This document shows, piece after piece, positions 12,736-26,181 of a stretch of DNA of 64,000 nt. The notes under the pieces are model-generated. The model saw only the letters and a program-made list of their open reading frames with translations. It was not told where the DNA came from and made no database searches. Location: the NCBI RefSeq assembly GCF_030684315.1, contig NC_081365.1, forward strand, positions 29,886,062 to 29,950,061, written 5' to 3'. How positions within the stretch are numbered: position 1 is the first letter of the stretch; every line of letters starts with the position of its first letter. The translations under genes and the position numbers were made by a program. Source of the stretch: Stegostoma tigrinum (lineage: Eukaryota).

Positions 12736-13412
12736 AATGTTGTGACTGGTAATGATAAAACAGAATCCACAAGTGGAAGGGTTAAATGATTAGAGAAAAC
12801 AGTACATGCAACTGCCTGAGGTGCAACAGATTAGAGATTAATTATTTCTGTATGATAGAAAGGTAGAAGTGAAAGCAAGACCCAGTGTGAGAGGTAAAGT
12901 TTGCAACCAAGTGAGTGAGGCCATACAAGGTAAATAAGATGAGTGATACATGTACTCACTTGGATGTGAAAAGGAGAAGGTTGCTGGAAACACTCATCTC
13001 AACTGAAGCATTTTACTAGTTAATTTTCCATTTTGTTTTGCAGAACTAACCCTGAACAACTGGTCACAGTCGTTAAATTTACAGGAAAACATTATAAAAA
13101 TAGGAAGACCTGCAGATGCTGCAAACCAAGAGCAAAGACAGAATTTGCTGGAGAAGCTCAGTTCTGAGAAAGGATCACTGGGAAAGGGAAATATTAACTG
13201 TGATTTTTCATCGTAGATGTTGCTGAGCTTCACCAGCAACTTCTGGTTTTGTTACAGAGAACACTGTTTGGCATCCAATTCTTTTAAGATTAGTTTTCTT
13301 AGCAGAAGGAACAAAGAGCACCCAACGAACAAACACCCACGTTACAGATGAGACCAAGCTATACCACAAGCAATACAGAGTACATCATTCAACAGGGCAC
13401 TGAAATAGAAAG

Positions 13413-13564
13413 AGGTCAGAAATCACACAACGTCAAGTTATAGTCTAACTGGCTTATTTGAAAACACAAGCATTCAGAGCCTCTCTCCTTCTTCAGGCTC
13501 CGAAAGGCTGTGTTTTCAAATAAACCTGTTGGACCATGACCTGGTGTTGTGTGATTTCTGACCT
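13413..13564. mobile_element. Fold-back element of a second PLE-terminus family
   Basis: aggtcagaaatcacacaac...ttatttgaaaacaca / tgtgttttcaaataa...gttgtgtgatttctgacct inverted arms; centre on the minus strand is CTGAAGAAGGAG..GCTCTGAAT, a degenerate hammerhead. Confidence 0.7.
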
Positions 13565-16500
13565 TGGCAACCCCATTTCAACAATGGCACCTCCACATCA
13601 TAATAGGAGAAGAACAGACACCCCGGAAAATTGATGAATAACAGACTCTTTGGAGAGACTGGGTCATTCAACAAATATCTGAATTTAACAAGAGTAGGTT
13701 TTAGGTTATCAAGAAATTGACCTAAGCTAATCAACAATGATGAGATCATGCACAATAAAAGGTACTAGCTCACGGTACATGTTGTTCTAAGCATTTCCAA
13801 TATCAGTTTGCCTAATGGTATTTGGGTTGGACTCAAGCACTTTATACAGCTTTGGTCAAAGAAGTGATAACACTGGCCACTTATTTTAATGTAGAGGCTG
13901 GCTCCCAGTCCAAGAAAAAGATTGACTGAAACTATGATGCTGCTTGGCCTGTGTTCATCCAGCTCTACACATTGTTATCTCTGACTGAAAATTAGTCTGG
14001 TCAATGATATCACTTCAGCATTCAACACAAGGACCCCAACAGTAAATTCAATTGATTTGGCTTCAGTAGACTAAAAGGCTCGAATTCAAAACTTAAGGGT
14101 CTCAACTGAAGGAAGTCTTGAAAAAAAGGGACAAAAAAGATCCAGGACAGACAGACGGGTACAGATCAACACCTGATATGGGTAATTCAGAGTTTGAACA
14201 CAGTACTAGAAACTGATGCCTAACGTATTAATATATTGATCAAGGTGCAGGAAAATCTTTCAAATGAAGAAGTGATCAGGAATGATGTCTTCAGTACCCA
14301 CTGATCCTGGACCCACAGAAGGAAAGATCCGAGACAAATTCATATGGGTGAGGTACCTCTGAACTGGCTGCCAACACAGTGTTAAACATGCATACATGAA
14401 GGGCAATGTATTATGGATGACATGTTGACCAGCCATACTCTGGCATTCCCAGTTCTACCAGAAACAACAGGCATTAAGATGTTTTAAGGTAGACAATATT
14501 GGGTTCATTAGAAAAGATTATTATGTGAGGCATCACAACATCCCACCACATGGGTTAGAAACAGGGATAGATAAAATTACTAGTTTAGATGAAGTGTAGA
14601 AACATTTTCAGTCGAAAATGCTTATCTGATAACACCTAATAGAAGAGGCAAGATACTAAATAGAAAAAAGGAAAAAGTGTAGGAACTTCTTATGAGAACC
14701 AAGATACCACATGTAAGCAGGATAGATTGAAGAAGAGGATTGCACTGACTGAGGGGGGACAGAAGGAGAAATTGGCACACAGCATTGTACATAAGAAATG
14801 TATTAGTTCTGTAATTACAAACACACAGGACAGCAAAACATCCAAAATTCTCTTTGCCTTGAAGTAACTAATTCACAACACTAGATAGTATTGACAAGTC
14901 TTAAAATCTATAAGTTATTTTAACATTTTCTTTTGCAGGATGTGAGCAGCAAAGATGTTGAATTTATGAGTATGAAGTGAATCAGATCTTTATTAAAATC
15001 GGTTTGAAATATTCAATTATATGGAAAGCAAAGATTAGGATAAAGCATTACATCTGCTTTATGACTTGAAAGTTCTTTCAGGTGCAAGGTATGATCACTT
15101 GCATTTATAAAACACTTTTAACACTGTAAAATGTTCCAAGGTGTTTCACAGAAATAAAAATCAGCCAAAAGCCATCAAGGAGCTGTTACGTAAGTAAAGA
15201 TTGATCAAACAGGTAAGTTTTAAAGTTCATCTGAAAGAAGAAAGAGAAGGAGGAACAAGGAATCTGAGAAAAGGAACTCCAGGTTTAGCTGGCTATAGGC
15301 ACCAAAATGGTGGGGAATGTATGAGGCTGTAGTTAGAGGATGTCAATGTTTGAAGAGATGTCATGCTGGAGATGGTTACAGTGGTAGGGAAGGGAGAGGC
15401 AGGTTTTAGCCAATATATTCTAGACAGGTTTAATTTTGTGAGATGAAGCATTAAAGGAGTAAAATCATTTTATTTGATTCAGATAAAGATGAAGATGTGC
15501 TCAAAACCTTCTAGGAAACATTTTAATCTTTGTTTTGAAATGTAGACATCCATGCCAATCTACACACAAAATCTGGTTCGACAAACAATTGGTTAAACAG
15601 TTTTCAGAGTGTTTCAACACTAAAAATGGGGGAGGAGGTTTCAAAGTAGTGAATTTTATCTTAAGATCATGACATTTGATATGTAACAATGTCTCAATTA
15701 TTATGAAGTTTTAAATCTGCTTATCTACCCATATTTTGGAAGAGGTTCTGAACCTTCAACTTCAATTCCTCAGGTTACAGAATGCCACTGATTTAACGTG
15801 ACAATACGTTACACACTTGAAACATCTATTAAAAGAATTCTCAGTACTCAAGATCTGCTGGCCAAGAAACGGCTCAGATCATTTGCAATTTTATGCAAGA
15901 ATATCAAACCAGTTCAAGTGCAGCTATAGGCTTTTGGATGAATGAAAAGTTTCAAGCACAATGCCTGAACAATGGGAATCTTTTCATCAAGACATTTTGT
16001 GCCAATGTTAGACATGTTCCCAGGCCACATACTACTCATTAGAGGGACAGTAAAGCTAACTGAGCCCTAACTTTACAGAAACAATCCTTAGTTTTCTATT
16101 TGACAAAATTGCCACCTTGTGGCCTGGAAGTGAAATTGCTAATTTGTTTTTACTCATTCATTGGATGTGGGCATCACTTTTTGTTCGTCTCCAACAATCA
16201 AGCCAGACAGGGCAAGGATGAAAGTTTCCTTTCCTAAAGGAGTGGGAGCGAGGACTGGTGGTGGCTTAACCCAAGGGTCACCACAAGGCCGGGGGGGGTG
16301 GGGGGGGTGGAGAAGAGCTTAAGAAGGTGGGACCTTCATAGATTGTGATGCAAAGTGATCCCAACAACATGGGTTCAATTCCCACACCAGAAAAACAAAT
16401 CACCTACTTGGACATGGTCTTCCTTTGAATAAAATCTGTTCATTTGCTAAATAAATCGCTTCAGCTATGTGTTATAACCTTAATAACGTAAGAAGGAGCA

Positions 16501-17740
16501 GATCATACTGCCTCTTGAACCTGCTCCACTATTCAGTATGATTCCAGTTGCTCAGCAGCCTTAACGCTACTTTCCCATTGCTCCCCAAATCCCAAATTCC
16601 CAGGGACAGCTAAAAAGAACAGGGCATAAAGTAGCTGAAGTGGGAGGAAAGTAAGAAAAGACTACTTTGTATTGCATACACGTCATTTCCAATATCCTGA
16701 GCTACAAGGATACATAAAACAGAATTGTTCACATTATATGGATTTAAATGGCTTAACATTTATTGTCAAGGCTTCAATGTCTTGAGAAAGACTCATATGA
16801 AAGACTGATAAACAAGGCTGACATTTTCCAGCCATTACTGTAAGACTTCAGATTTAAGAGCAGAATTAGACCATTCCATCCATCAAATCTGGTCCACCAT
16901 TCTATCACTGATTCATTTAGACTCAGATTCATATAGCACAGAAAAGGTACTTTGACATAACTACCACTAGAGATGCACTAATCCTAATTTCCTGTACTTG
17001 CCCCATATTCTTGTGTTATTTGAAGTACTCATCCAAATATTTTTAAATGTTCTAAGGTTTCCAACCTCCATTACCCTCCCTGGCAGTGCAGGCTGATATA
17101 TTTCTCAACTCCATCCTCCTGCTTTCTCCCCTTAACCAGGTCCAAGGAATCATATGGATGGAACAAAACCAATGTATTGAAATTACCATTTCATCCCAAA
17201 AGCAATAAAATCAGAAATTATAGTCAATATCAAAACCTCAGATCTTCCATTTAATTTACATTGATCCATATATTAGGAGAAGAAAGGTTACCTGCTCAGC
17301 TTCAAAATGGTATTGAAGCTAGTACACATGAACTATAATTGACTAGCTTACTTGGCAGAGCACAGAAAGGAAAAATAAATTCACATACATGGGACTGGAA
17401 AGGTTTGCCCTCTCCCCTCCTCATCTCTCAAAAGGAGAAAATGGTGAAAAAGTAGCTGAAAGATACTACAATTATCTGAGAATTCTAGAATTTACAAATT
17501 TCATGGCAGTTTGTTCAAACAGGACTACAGTTAAACAACTGTGGACACAGGTCTCACTTTCACAAGTCATGGTCTCAAACTTGAAACTGGATCTGCTTTT
17601 ATCTTACTGATTGGAACCAATATTCTTTTCAAACTTATTACTTGCAGTTGTCTGGAAGTTTAATGTTGCTTGCTTTCTTCCCTCTGGGTTAGAAGGTAAT
17701 AACATTTCTCCTTCACTCAAGGAAACCTTAGAATTGGCTC

Positions 17741-17943
17741 AGAGATAATGGGAACTGCAGATGCTGGAGAATTCCAAGATAATAAAATGTGAGGCTGGAT
17801 GAACACAGCAGGCCAAGCAGCATCTCAGGAGCACAAAAGCCGACGTTTCGGGCCTAGACCCTTCACAGGCCCGAAACGTCAGCTTTTGTGCTCCTGAGAT
17901 GCTGCTTGGCCTGCTGTGTTCATCCAGCCTCACATTTTATTAT
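17741..17943. mobile_element. PLE-terminus fold-back element with 14-bp TSD
   Basis: Near-perfect ~80-bp inverted arms; direct repeat CTTAGAATTGGCTC at 17727-17740 and 17944-17957. Confidence 0.85.
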
Positions 17944-18189
17944 CTTAGAATTGGCTCCTTCATTTCGATTGAGCTAACTGTGTCCTAACTGAACTATGAT
18001 AGCTGTGTGATAAAAATAAATTTGAAAAATTGTTGCAATTGGCTGAGAGTGTGTTAACAAGAGTGCCCTCCTCAATCTGGTAGTAATTACCAAAGTGATA
18101 AAAGATGTTATCAAAGATGCTATTCAGCTATGTTTATTCATCAATAAATGGTTAACTAGTCCTCAACTCAAGTTCGGTCAGGATGACTG

Positions 18190-19075
18190 TTCCTGACTTA
18201 ATTTCAGCTTTATTTCAAACATGAACAGAAAGCTAAATTCCAAAAGTTCCAGGTTAAAGTGAATGTCTTTGCTATTAAGATGTTTATGTGCAACAAGATC
18301 TGGGCAATATCCAGAATTGGGCTGACAAGGGGCGAGTAACATTCATGCCACACAAATGCCAGCCTATGACCATCACCAATACCCCTTGACATTCAATAGA
18401 GTTACCATCACTTAATCCCTCACTATCAACATCCTGGGGGTTACCATTGACCAGAAACTCAACTGGACTCACCACATTAACACAGTAGCTACAAAAGCAG
18501 GCCAGAAGCTGGGAATACTAACTCACTAACCCACCTGCTGATTCCTCAAAGCTTGTCCACCATCTACAAGGCACAAGTCAGGAGTGTGATGGAATACTCC
18601 CCACATGCCTGGGTGAGTGCAGCTCCAACACTCAAGAAGCTTGACACCATCCAGGACAAAGCAGCCCGCTTGATTGGCACTACATCCACAAACATCCACC
18701 ACTGACGCTCAGTAGCAGCAGAGTGTACTACCTACAAGATGCCCTGCAGAAATTCACCAAAGATCTTCAGACAGCACCCTCCATACCCGGTGACCACTTC
18801 CACCCAGAAGGACAAGGGCGGCAGATATATGGGAACACCACCGCCTCCAAGTTCCCTTCTAAGTCATTCACCATCCTGACTTGGAAATGCATCGCCGTTC
18901 CTTCACTGTCACTGGGTCAAAATCCTGGAATTCCCTCCCAGTGAGCATTGTGGTCAACCCACAGCTGGAGGACTGTAGCGGTTCAAGAAGGCAGCTCACC
19001 ACCACCTCCTCAAGGGCAACTAGGGATGGGCAAGAAATATTGGCCAGCCAGCGACACCCACATCCCACAAAATGA
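18190..19075 (+). mobile_element. CR1/L2-like LINE 3' portion
   Basis: ILGVTIDQKLNWT, YKAQVRSVMEYS and SKSWNSLP motifs in shifted frames. Confidence 0.8.
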
Positions 19076-19879
19076 TTAGACAAAAAATAAATAGCATTTG
19101 GTAGGCACGGCACCAAGCAGCCCTTACAAAACTGAACATAAGAACACAAGAAATAGAAACGGGAATAGGTCATTCAGCTCCTCAAGCCTACTGTTCAGAT
19201 GATCTGACATACGACTCAAATCTGTTTTTGTACCAGCTTAGCATAACTATCACCTCCCTGATACTTCCAAAACCTTCAGTGATTTAGCCTCCACAATTCT
19301 AGGGAACAGAATTCCAGACACTGACTACCCTCTGGGACAATTCTGGTTTCATACGTCCACGAATCTCTCACTATTACTGTACTGATTATGTTAAAACCAA
19401 TGTTACAAAGTATCATTACTAGATACAGCAAAATTCATAAATCTTCATGATATATATATCCAAGTCAAGATGGTGAATGGCTTGGAGGGAACTTAAAGGT
19501 TGTAGTGTTTCTATATATACTGCTCTTCTAAATCAAAGTGGTCATGGGTTTGGAGGTGTCGCCCAAGGGCTATGGCAAATTTCTGCAGTGTTTCTTGGAG
19601 ACAGTACACTGCCACTGAGTATCAGTGAAAGAGGGAGTGGACGTTAAACAAATCAAGCAAGTGTCTTTGTTCTGGATGAAGCTCCTTGAGTATTTTTGGA
19701 GCTGCACCTATCCAGGCATGTGGGGAGTATTCAATCACACTCCTGACTTGTGCTTTATAGATGATGGGCGGGCACTGGGGAGTGAGGAGGGGAGTTATTT
19801 GCTGCAGTATTCCTAGCCTCTGAACTGCTCTTGTAGCGACTATAATGTATCTTCACAAAATGATCTGGTGATATTCCAT

Positions 19880-21000
19880 AAAATTGTAAAAGAAATTCAA
19901 GAATTCCAATCAAAATAGGTAAGCTAAGGGCTCATGGAATTGCACGTAACACAGTAGCATGTATAAAGAAGTGGTTAATGAATGGTAAACAGTGTGGGCA
20001 TAAATTATGCACATTCAAGTTGGCAGGTTGTATATAACAGGTTGGCATATGCATCATGGGACCCCAACAATTTATGATGTACATTAATGACTCAGATAAC
20101 AAGAGGAGTCAGAAACTAATTTTACTAATGATACAAACCTAGATGAAAAGGTCACAACCTGCATGAGAGATATAGACTGGTGAAGTGAGTGGTAAACAAG
20201 AGCAAAGATGGCATGTAATGTAGGAAAATTGTGAAGTTACTTGATTCAGTGTTAAGAACAAGCAGAATATTTTTACAAAATGTGAAATTTCTAAATATTC
20301 GTGTTCAAACAGCAAGGAATATAAAAAGTTAGTATGCAGGTACAGCACATAAGTAGGATGACAAACAGCATGTTTGCCTTTATTGCATGGGAACTGAAGT
20401 ACAGGAATAAAGAAGTTGTCCTACAATTGCCCACAGCTTTGGTAACATCAAATTTTAAACACTATGCAGGTTTAGCTTCCATATTTATGAAAGCATATTC
20501 TTGCATTGAAGGACGTACAGTGAAAGTTCAATGAACTAATCCCTGGGATAATACAGATAAATGGACTATTTATCCGATGGTGAGAGGCTGCATATACAAG
20601 GCTGAGTATATATTCTGAACTTTAGAAGAATGACAGATCAGCGCATTGAAACACAGAAAATATTGAAGGGGCTTTATAGAGTAGATGCAGAGAGATCATG
20701 TTCCAATCACGAAATCTAGAATACAGAGCTTAGTCTCCAGTTAGAGGCTGATTATTTAGGACCAAAATGAGAATAAGTTACTTCAGTCAAAAAGAGTTAT
20801 GAATGTCCATTCAGAGGGTTGAGGATGATACATCTTTGAATATATTTAAGACTGAATAGACAGATTTTTGGTCTGTAAGGGAATCAAAGGATATTTGGAG
20901 CTGGGAGGTAAAGCAAGTCGAAGCCCAAGTCAAGTCAAGATTAGGTTGAATTGTGGAGGAGGCCAAAAAGGCGACGTTGTCTACTCCTACACCTATTTTT
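19880..21000 (+). mobile_element. Old CR1-like LINE fragment
   Basis: Decayed motifs K.RAHGI, YIND and ..ELKYRNKEVVLQL..ALV (ORF 20334..20534). Confidence 0.65.
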
Positions 21001-22448
21001 TACGTTGTTGTGAACTCATCCAATGGTCAGAAATTCATTCTGACAGTAGTCAAGAGTACACCCAAAAAAATGGGTGCTATTTATCAAGGTAAACAATACC
21101 TTTCTGAAGCAGAAGACTTGAGGTCCTGTCAGCAACTTCCATTACTATATGTTTAACCAGAGCAGTGCCGCTGACTTTTTTTTTTAAAAATGTCACGGTA
21201 CTTTCATCTCAAGATCAAAAATTTACAGCAGGCATTTTACCCAAGTGCTTTATAAAGCTATCCTACAAGAAATGCTAGAGTATATGTACCACTGAATAGA
21301 AGTTTTTAAAAACAGTTGTACACATATCTTTTACGATTTCAAGGTAAAAGCAGTATGATGTTACAAAAGAATCCAAAGTATTTATTACAACCAATCTCAG
21401 ATCAGACCTACGAATGCTTCCTTTGTGATCATCTGCTGGAAAATCTTCTCCCTCTTGCACACCTGGAATGACTGTACATTTAAGATAACATTTTATCTCC
21501 AGTGACATTGCTCACTGGGTCAAAAGGACACAAGATAGATTACAGCCACATCATCTAGAAGTGGCAGCTTGCAACTACAACATCCAAAAGGATCTGTCTG
21601 GAATTCCCTTAATAACTGATTATACAAATATTTTTAATGTGAATGCAAAAAAAGTGGCCAAAAATCTTAACTGTGAAAATTGTGAAAGAAGATTGAGTAG
21701 GTGATGATTATTCTAATATTATTATTTACAGATTAACTGTATCACCAGTCATATGAACTTTGATACCAATGCATTGAGTAAGAAGAAATCCTATCCTCAA
21801 CTTAAATCTCCAAAACCATACAGAATTTGTGGTGTAATACGGGCAAAAACAGCATTGTAAAACAGTTCAGCTAAAAAAAAAGCAAACATTGAGTAAAAAT
21901 TCTCAACATGGAGAATTTGTCAAATTGAGAAACAGAATAATTCAACTTCAAACCAAAACCAAGCAGAAATCTTCCAACTGGGAGAAAAGCAAACAAAATA
22001 AAATTCTGCTGCAGCTCAGCTGAGTCATCCAGACTGAAAACGTTAACTTGCTGTGTCCCCACAGATGCTGCCTGGCCCGCTACGATTTTCAGCATCATTT
22101 GTTTTTTAAAAATTCCGATGGCCACGCAGCTGGAAAAAAAATTGAGTATCACTGTTTTTATGAAGTTATGAAACTGATGAAGATCAAATCACTTCAAAAA
22201 GGAGTTAATCTCCTTGGCATCATCCTAGGTGATTTCCAGGGGACAATGCACCTTTTCTAAAAGTGCATTGAAGACAAATGTAGAGGATCATAATTCAAAG
22301 CAGAGAAACTTTAAGATTAAACAAAGAATAATCCACAGGAAACTCAACAGTGCACAAGGTGATGTCTTTGCAGACTTCACAAAGAAAGAAACAAAACTGA
22401 TGCATTCATGCATGCAGCAGCTGGTTGAAGCATAGCTCATGAACCCAC

Positions 22449-22661
22449 CTGCTGGATAAAATGTTCGTATGACTATCTTGGTGAGATGATTTGGTTTCCA
22501 CGTGACAATTATCTTTTAGTTCACTGGTTGATGTGTAATTTTTTTTTGCATTTGCAGTGTCAGTACTTTCGACATTACTACAGTCTTGCTTTTTTAGGTG
22601 CAGCAAATGTTGTCTTCCTGAATCTGTCATCAGCACATCTCTGAGTACAATTCTGGCTTCC
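22449..22661 (-). CDS. SENP7: SENP7 coding exon, phase 2 to 2 (HP1-binding-motif-type exon)
   Basis: Acceptor gcactttgccag, donor cag|gtgggt; 213 nt; EARIVLRDVLMTDSGRQH resembles human SENP7 QLKVMLTNVLWTDLGRKF / IPRVILTNVLGTELGRKY (recalled sequence). Confidence 0.85.
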
Positions 22662-23816
22662 CTGGCAAAGTGCAACACAAATACAAATGTTTACAGAGGA
22701 ATTAGTGTAAGTACTACCAAAAAAGAGAAAAAATGTTTTTGTGGAAATTTATGATCTTGTCTATCAAAAGCAGAGCAGTCACTATTTTACAAATGTCCAA
22801 TGCTATTAGATGATGTTCAGCAAAACGACGTACCATGGAACATCTACTGCAGTTTTGCAATATGACCCCACCGCTGTCAAATTTCCTCCCTCTACTGAAG
22901 GGAGGTTGAGTTGAATTTCATGAACATCAGTTCAAAACTCATTTGAAGAAGTGTTCACAAAAAAGCTGAATTTGTGGCTTGCACATTCAGGCCACAAACC
23001 TTTGCCAAATGTTAAAGGTGGTCCATCAATGTCAACATTTAAAACACATTACTTGCCTGCAGTTGGATCGATTACTTTAGCCTCACCCAGATTAAAAAGT
23101 TGGATAGACTCTGTGAACGCCATCTGAAGCATCCAATGACATCTACCTCTTGAAATGGATTTCACTGCCTCAAAATACTTCTGGGTCTTTCTCATTTACT
23201 CAGAGCAACTGGCTCTAATTGAATGCTAGCTAATGGAAACAATCTTGTCAAGTAAAGCAAACATAAACATAGAGCAAAGCCTTCTGATTATGACTGGTAG
23301 GCTACAGAGCTTATGAAAGTGAATAAAGAATAGAAATGACGTTAGTTCTAAAAGGACAGTCAAAGCAAATGAAAAGATATATTAATGACATGTAAAAAGC
23401 TAAAGTAAAGTAATAAAAAGAGGACTGAGAGAGTATTATGCAACAAGAAGTTACAGGATTACCTCAGTGGACAAGGGCTAATGTTTAGCAACAAAACAGA
23501 GAGGTCAATATTACCACTAAATTCCAGAATAGGCATCGAGCAAATTATCAAATTGAGATTAACTATAGTTCAGATAATAAAAATATTTTTGGCAGCAAAC
23601 AGCATGGGATAAACAGAAAAAAAGTGATACCTTCCAACCATTTCATGGTGAAATTATTTTCTACTAGCATTTAAGCAGACTGATTGAAACAATATTTGAC
23701 ATTATCAATTCAACCTTATAAAAACAAGTAATAAGTAAATGCTTACAAAACAAAGGGATATGCACTGAAATCAGGACAAACATTTGTAAAAAAAGGAATG
23801 TTGATCTTATTCTTAC

Positions 23817-23938
23817 TTCAGCTGAACATCATCTCTTTGAATGTTGTGCTTTGCACCGCATTTCCTCCGTTGACTATAAGCAATCGAGTCTCGGTTTCTT
23901 GTTTTATTGAAAGTATTATAAGAGAACGGCCAGCGCTT
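23817..23938 (-). CDS. SENP7: SENP7 coding exon, phase 0 to 2
   Basis: Acceptor tgtctgttttcag, donor gaa|gtaaga; 122 nt; KRWPFSYNTFNKTRNRDSIAYSQRRKCGAKHNIQRDDVQL. Confidence 0.8.
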
Positions 23939-26061
23939 CTGAAAACAGACACAAAATCAAAATGTTTTAAACAAAGTTAATCTGTTATAACAGAAAAACT
24001 AGTAACATATATTGCCAGGATATTTATTGGAGAGAAGCAATGTTATGTACAGTACCTACTTTCTCTTTCTCCCAGAGATGTTAGTACATGGAATTGTTCC
24101 CTGGGAGTGGTAGACTGCAGGTCCTTGAATTTACTCAAGGTAGAGTCTGATAGACAAGGTAGTCAAGGGTTACAAGAGGCCAAACAGCAAAATGGGAATG
24201 ATGCTTGCAAATTTTGGATGTCTGCTCAAAAGGACCAAATGGCCTACAGCTGCTCAAAAGAGTCATTCAGGAGTGAATCTCCTGAATTTTACTTCCAGAA
24301 CAAAGGCCCATGTTTCAGTTCATCTTTGGAATCCAGGAGCAGAGGTGGACTGTGTTCTGTGAAGTTCTTTAAATTAAGTAATGAAACAAGATATAGTCTG
24401 ATGATTGTTTAAGAGCACAAGAAAATATAAAGATACGACACACAATAAATTACAACATATTATACTGGTTAGAATTCTTATACAAAGTATTACTCCCACA
24501 GACAACGTCTAACATATTTTTATTCCCCTTTCAACAATATATATTGAGAAACTAGTCTGCATTCTAACTGTCTGAAGCCAACAACTACTTCCACAGAAAT
24601 GGGTTACTGTTTCAGGTCTGTGATCTTTCATGATAAAGTTTGATTCACATCTGAAATGACAACCTTGTTTCTGTCTCAAAATACTTCAACCTCACCTCCG
24701 AATTTCCAGTATATTCTACTCTTATGTCAGACATCCAGCATCTGGAGCATTTTGATTTTGCATCACCGCCTCCCGAAAAACATGCTTGGTACTAAAAAGC
24801 ATAACCGGCATGATTGCTGGCCATAAAAAAAATACCTACTTTTGAAAAAGGACTGAAAGCAGCTTCAGGAAAACAAGCATATTGGCACTTATGTCAGGTA
24901 AAATATAACACAAAGAAATGTATCAACATGCTTTAGAAGAAATAATATAAAGGCAAGCTATGTGCACAAGATGGTAAAATATTGATGGAGTTGTTGGGGG
25001 GGGGGGGGTAACAAGGTCAGGGTAAGTTAGAAATTTTACTACTTAGAAGGAAGCCATTTGATCCATCATGTCTGCGTTGGCTCAAAGAGAGCTATATATA
25101 TCCAAACTGCACTTTCTAGCTTTTGATCCACTGCTCTATAGATTGCAACACTTCAGGTATTCATCCAAATATCTTTTAAGTGTGCTGAGTTTCTGATATC
25201 TAAAGTAAAGATTCTCAGACCATCAGCAACACTGACCGCCCATTAGAAAATCTGTGTTTCAACTAGTGGGTACCATTATAACACCACGCTTAAAATGTTA
25301 TAGAAGTCTCATGGATACACTAAATTATGCAACAAACTAAGTAAGCAAGCAAGGTTCAAGTTTATTTCTTATATTTTTATGCCAACTTAGTTGGTAGAGG
25401 CCACATGATAATGATATAGTGCGTTTGTCCTCAGTCTAGCCGTAGGGGAGAAAAGGGCAGTGGAAGGATAGAAGAATGAAAGCTTCCCTCTCGTGATCAC
25501 AATGTAATGATTTCAGCTGCAAAACATAAGATTGGGTTAATGGCCATTGGGCTGCTCAAAGGGTCATAGCAATAGCATAGATACTATAATGGTCACAAAG
25601 GATATGACAGCATTGTAGCTACGCTCCTGATTTAGCAACCAATATTCTGGGAGATTATAAATTCAAATTAAATAAATCTGGATTAAGTGCACTGTTATCA
25701 GTAATAGTGAGCATGTAACTATCGCATTGTCATCAAAAACTAATAGCTGTATTAATCACCTTGAAGAAAATAAACTATTCATCTTTGGTCTACATCAGTA
25801 ATTCAAGATCCACAGTAACTTGTTGGTTTTTACCTCTGAAATGATACACAGTTGTCACCACCAACTTCAAGAGCATTTACAGTGGACAATAAAATGCTGG
25901 CTATGCCAATGTCAACCATGAAAGAACAAATAAAGCATGAAGATCAGAAACTTATACAAGGTATACAAATTGAAAAGTCTTTCCAAGATAGGAGTGAAGA
26001 AAATTTTTTTTAAAAAAAAGGTAGAAAAAGAATCCGTTTATGAAATCCCACTTCAACTCAC

Positions 26062-26181
26062 ATGCGATGGTTTTAAATTTTCAATTCTTGAATCAGTAAG
26101 TCGGGATAGAGGAGAATGAGTCTCCACATTGTCCATCTCGGTGACCTTTTTCTTCTTTGGAATTTTAAATTTGTCCCCAGG
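26062..26181 (-). CDS. SENP7: SENP7 coding exon, phase 0 to 0
   Basis: Acceptor tttttcttctgtttctag, donor cat|gtgagt; 120 nt; PGDKFKIPKKKKVTEMDNVETHSPLSRLTDSRIENLKPSH with FKIPKKK and SPLS motifs typical of SENP7 N-termini. Confidence 0.85.

Noticed and set aside
12960-13052. Possible SENP7 exon RVSSAKQNGKLT.. with gtgagt donor
   Set aside because: In-frame TGA before the donor; the 7896-8011 exon already provides the phase transition.
11400-14800. Purine-rich stretches that may be decayed retroviral gag/pol
   Set aside because: No diagnostic motif recognisable by eye; needs a translated search.
17741-17943. CRISPR array, terminator or miRNA interpretation of the palindromes
   Set aside because: Eukaryotic context, dispersed copies, no spacers; the arms match Penelope termini.
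21100-21462. Two exon-like minus-strand segments (21412-21462 VQEGEDFPADDHKGSI; ~21100-21144 MEVADRTSSLLLQK)
   Set aside because: Open only as phase 1-1 exons but located in a phase-2 intron, where both read into TGA. Not called as coding; a poison-exon role cannot be excluded.
16288-25008. G homopolymer runs at ~16290-16310 and ~24995-25008
   Set aside because: Simple low-complexity runs with no further supporting context.
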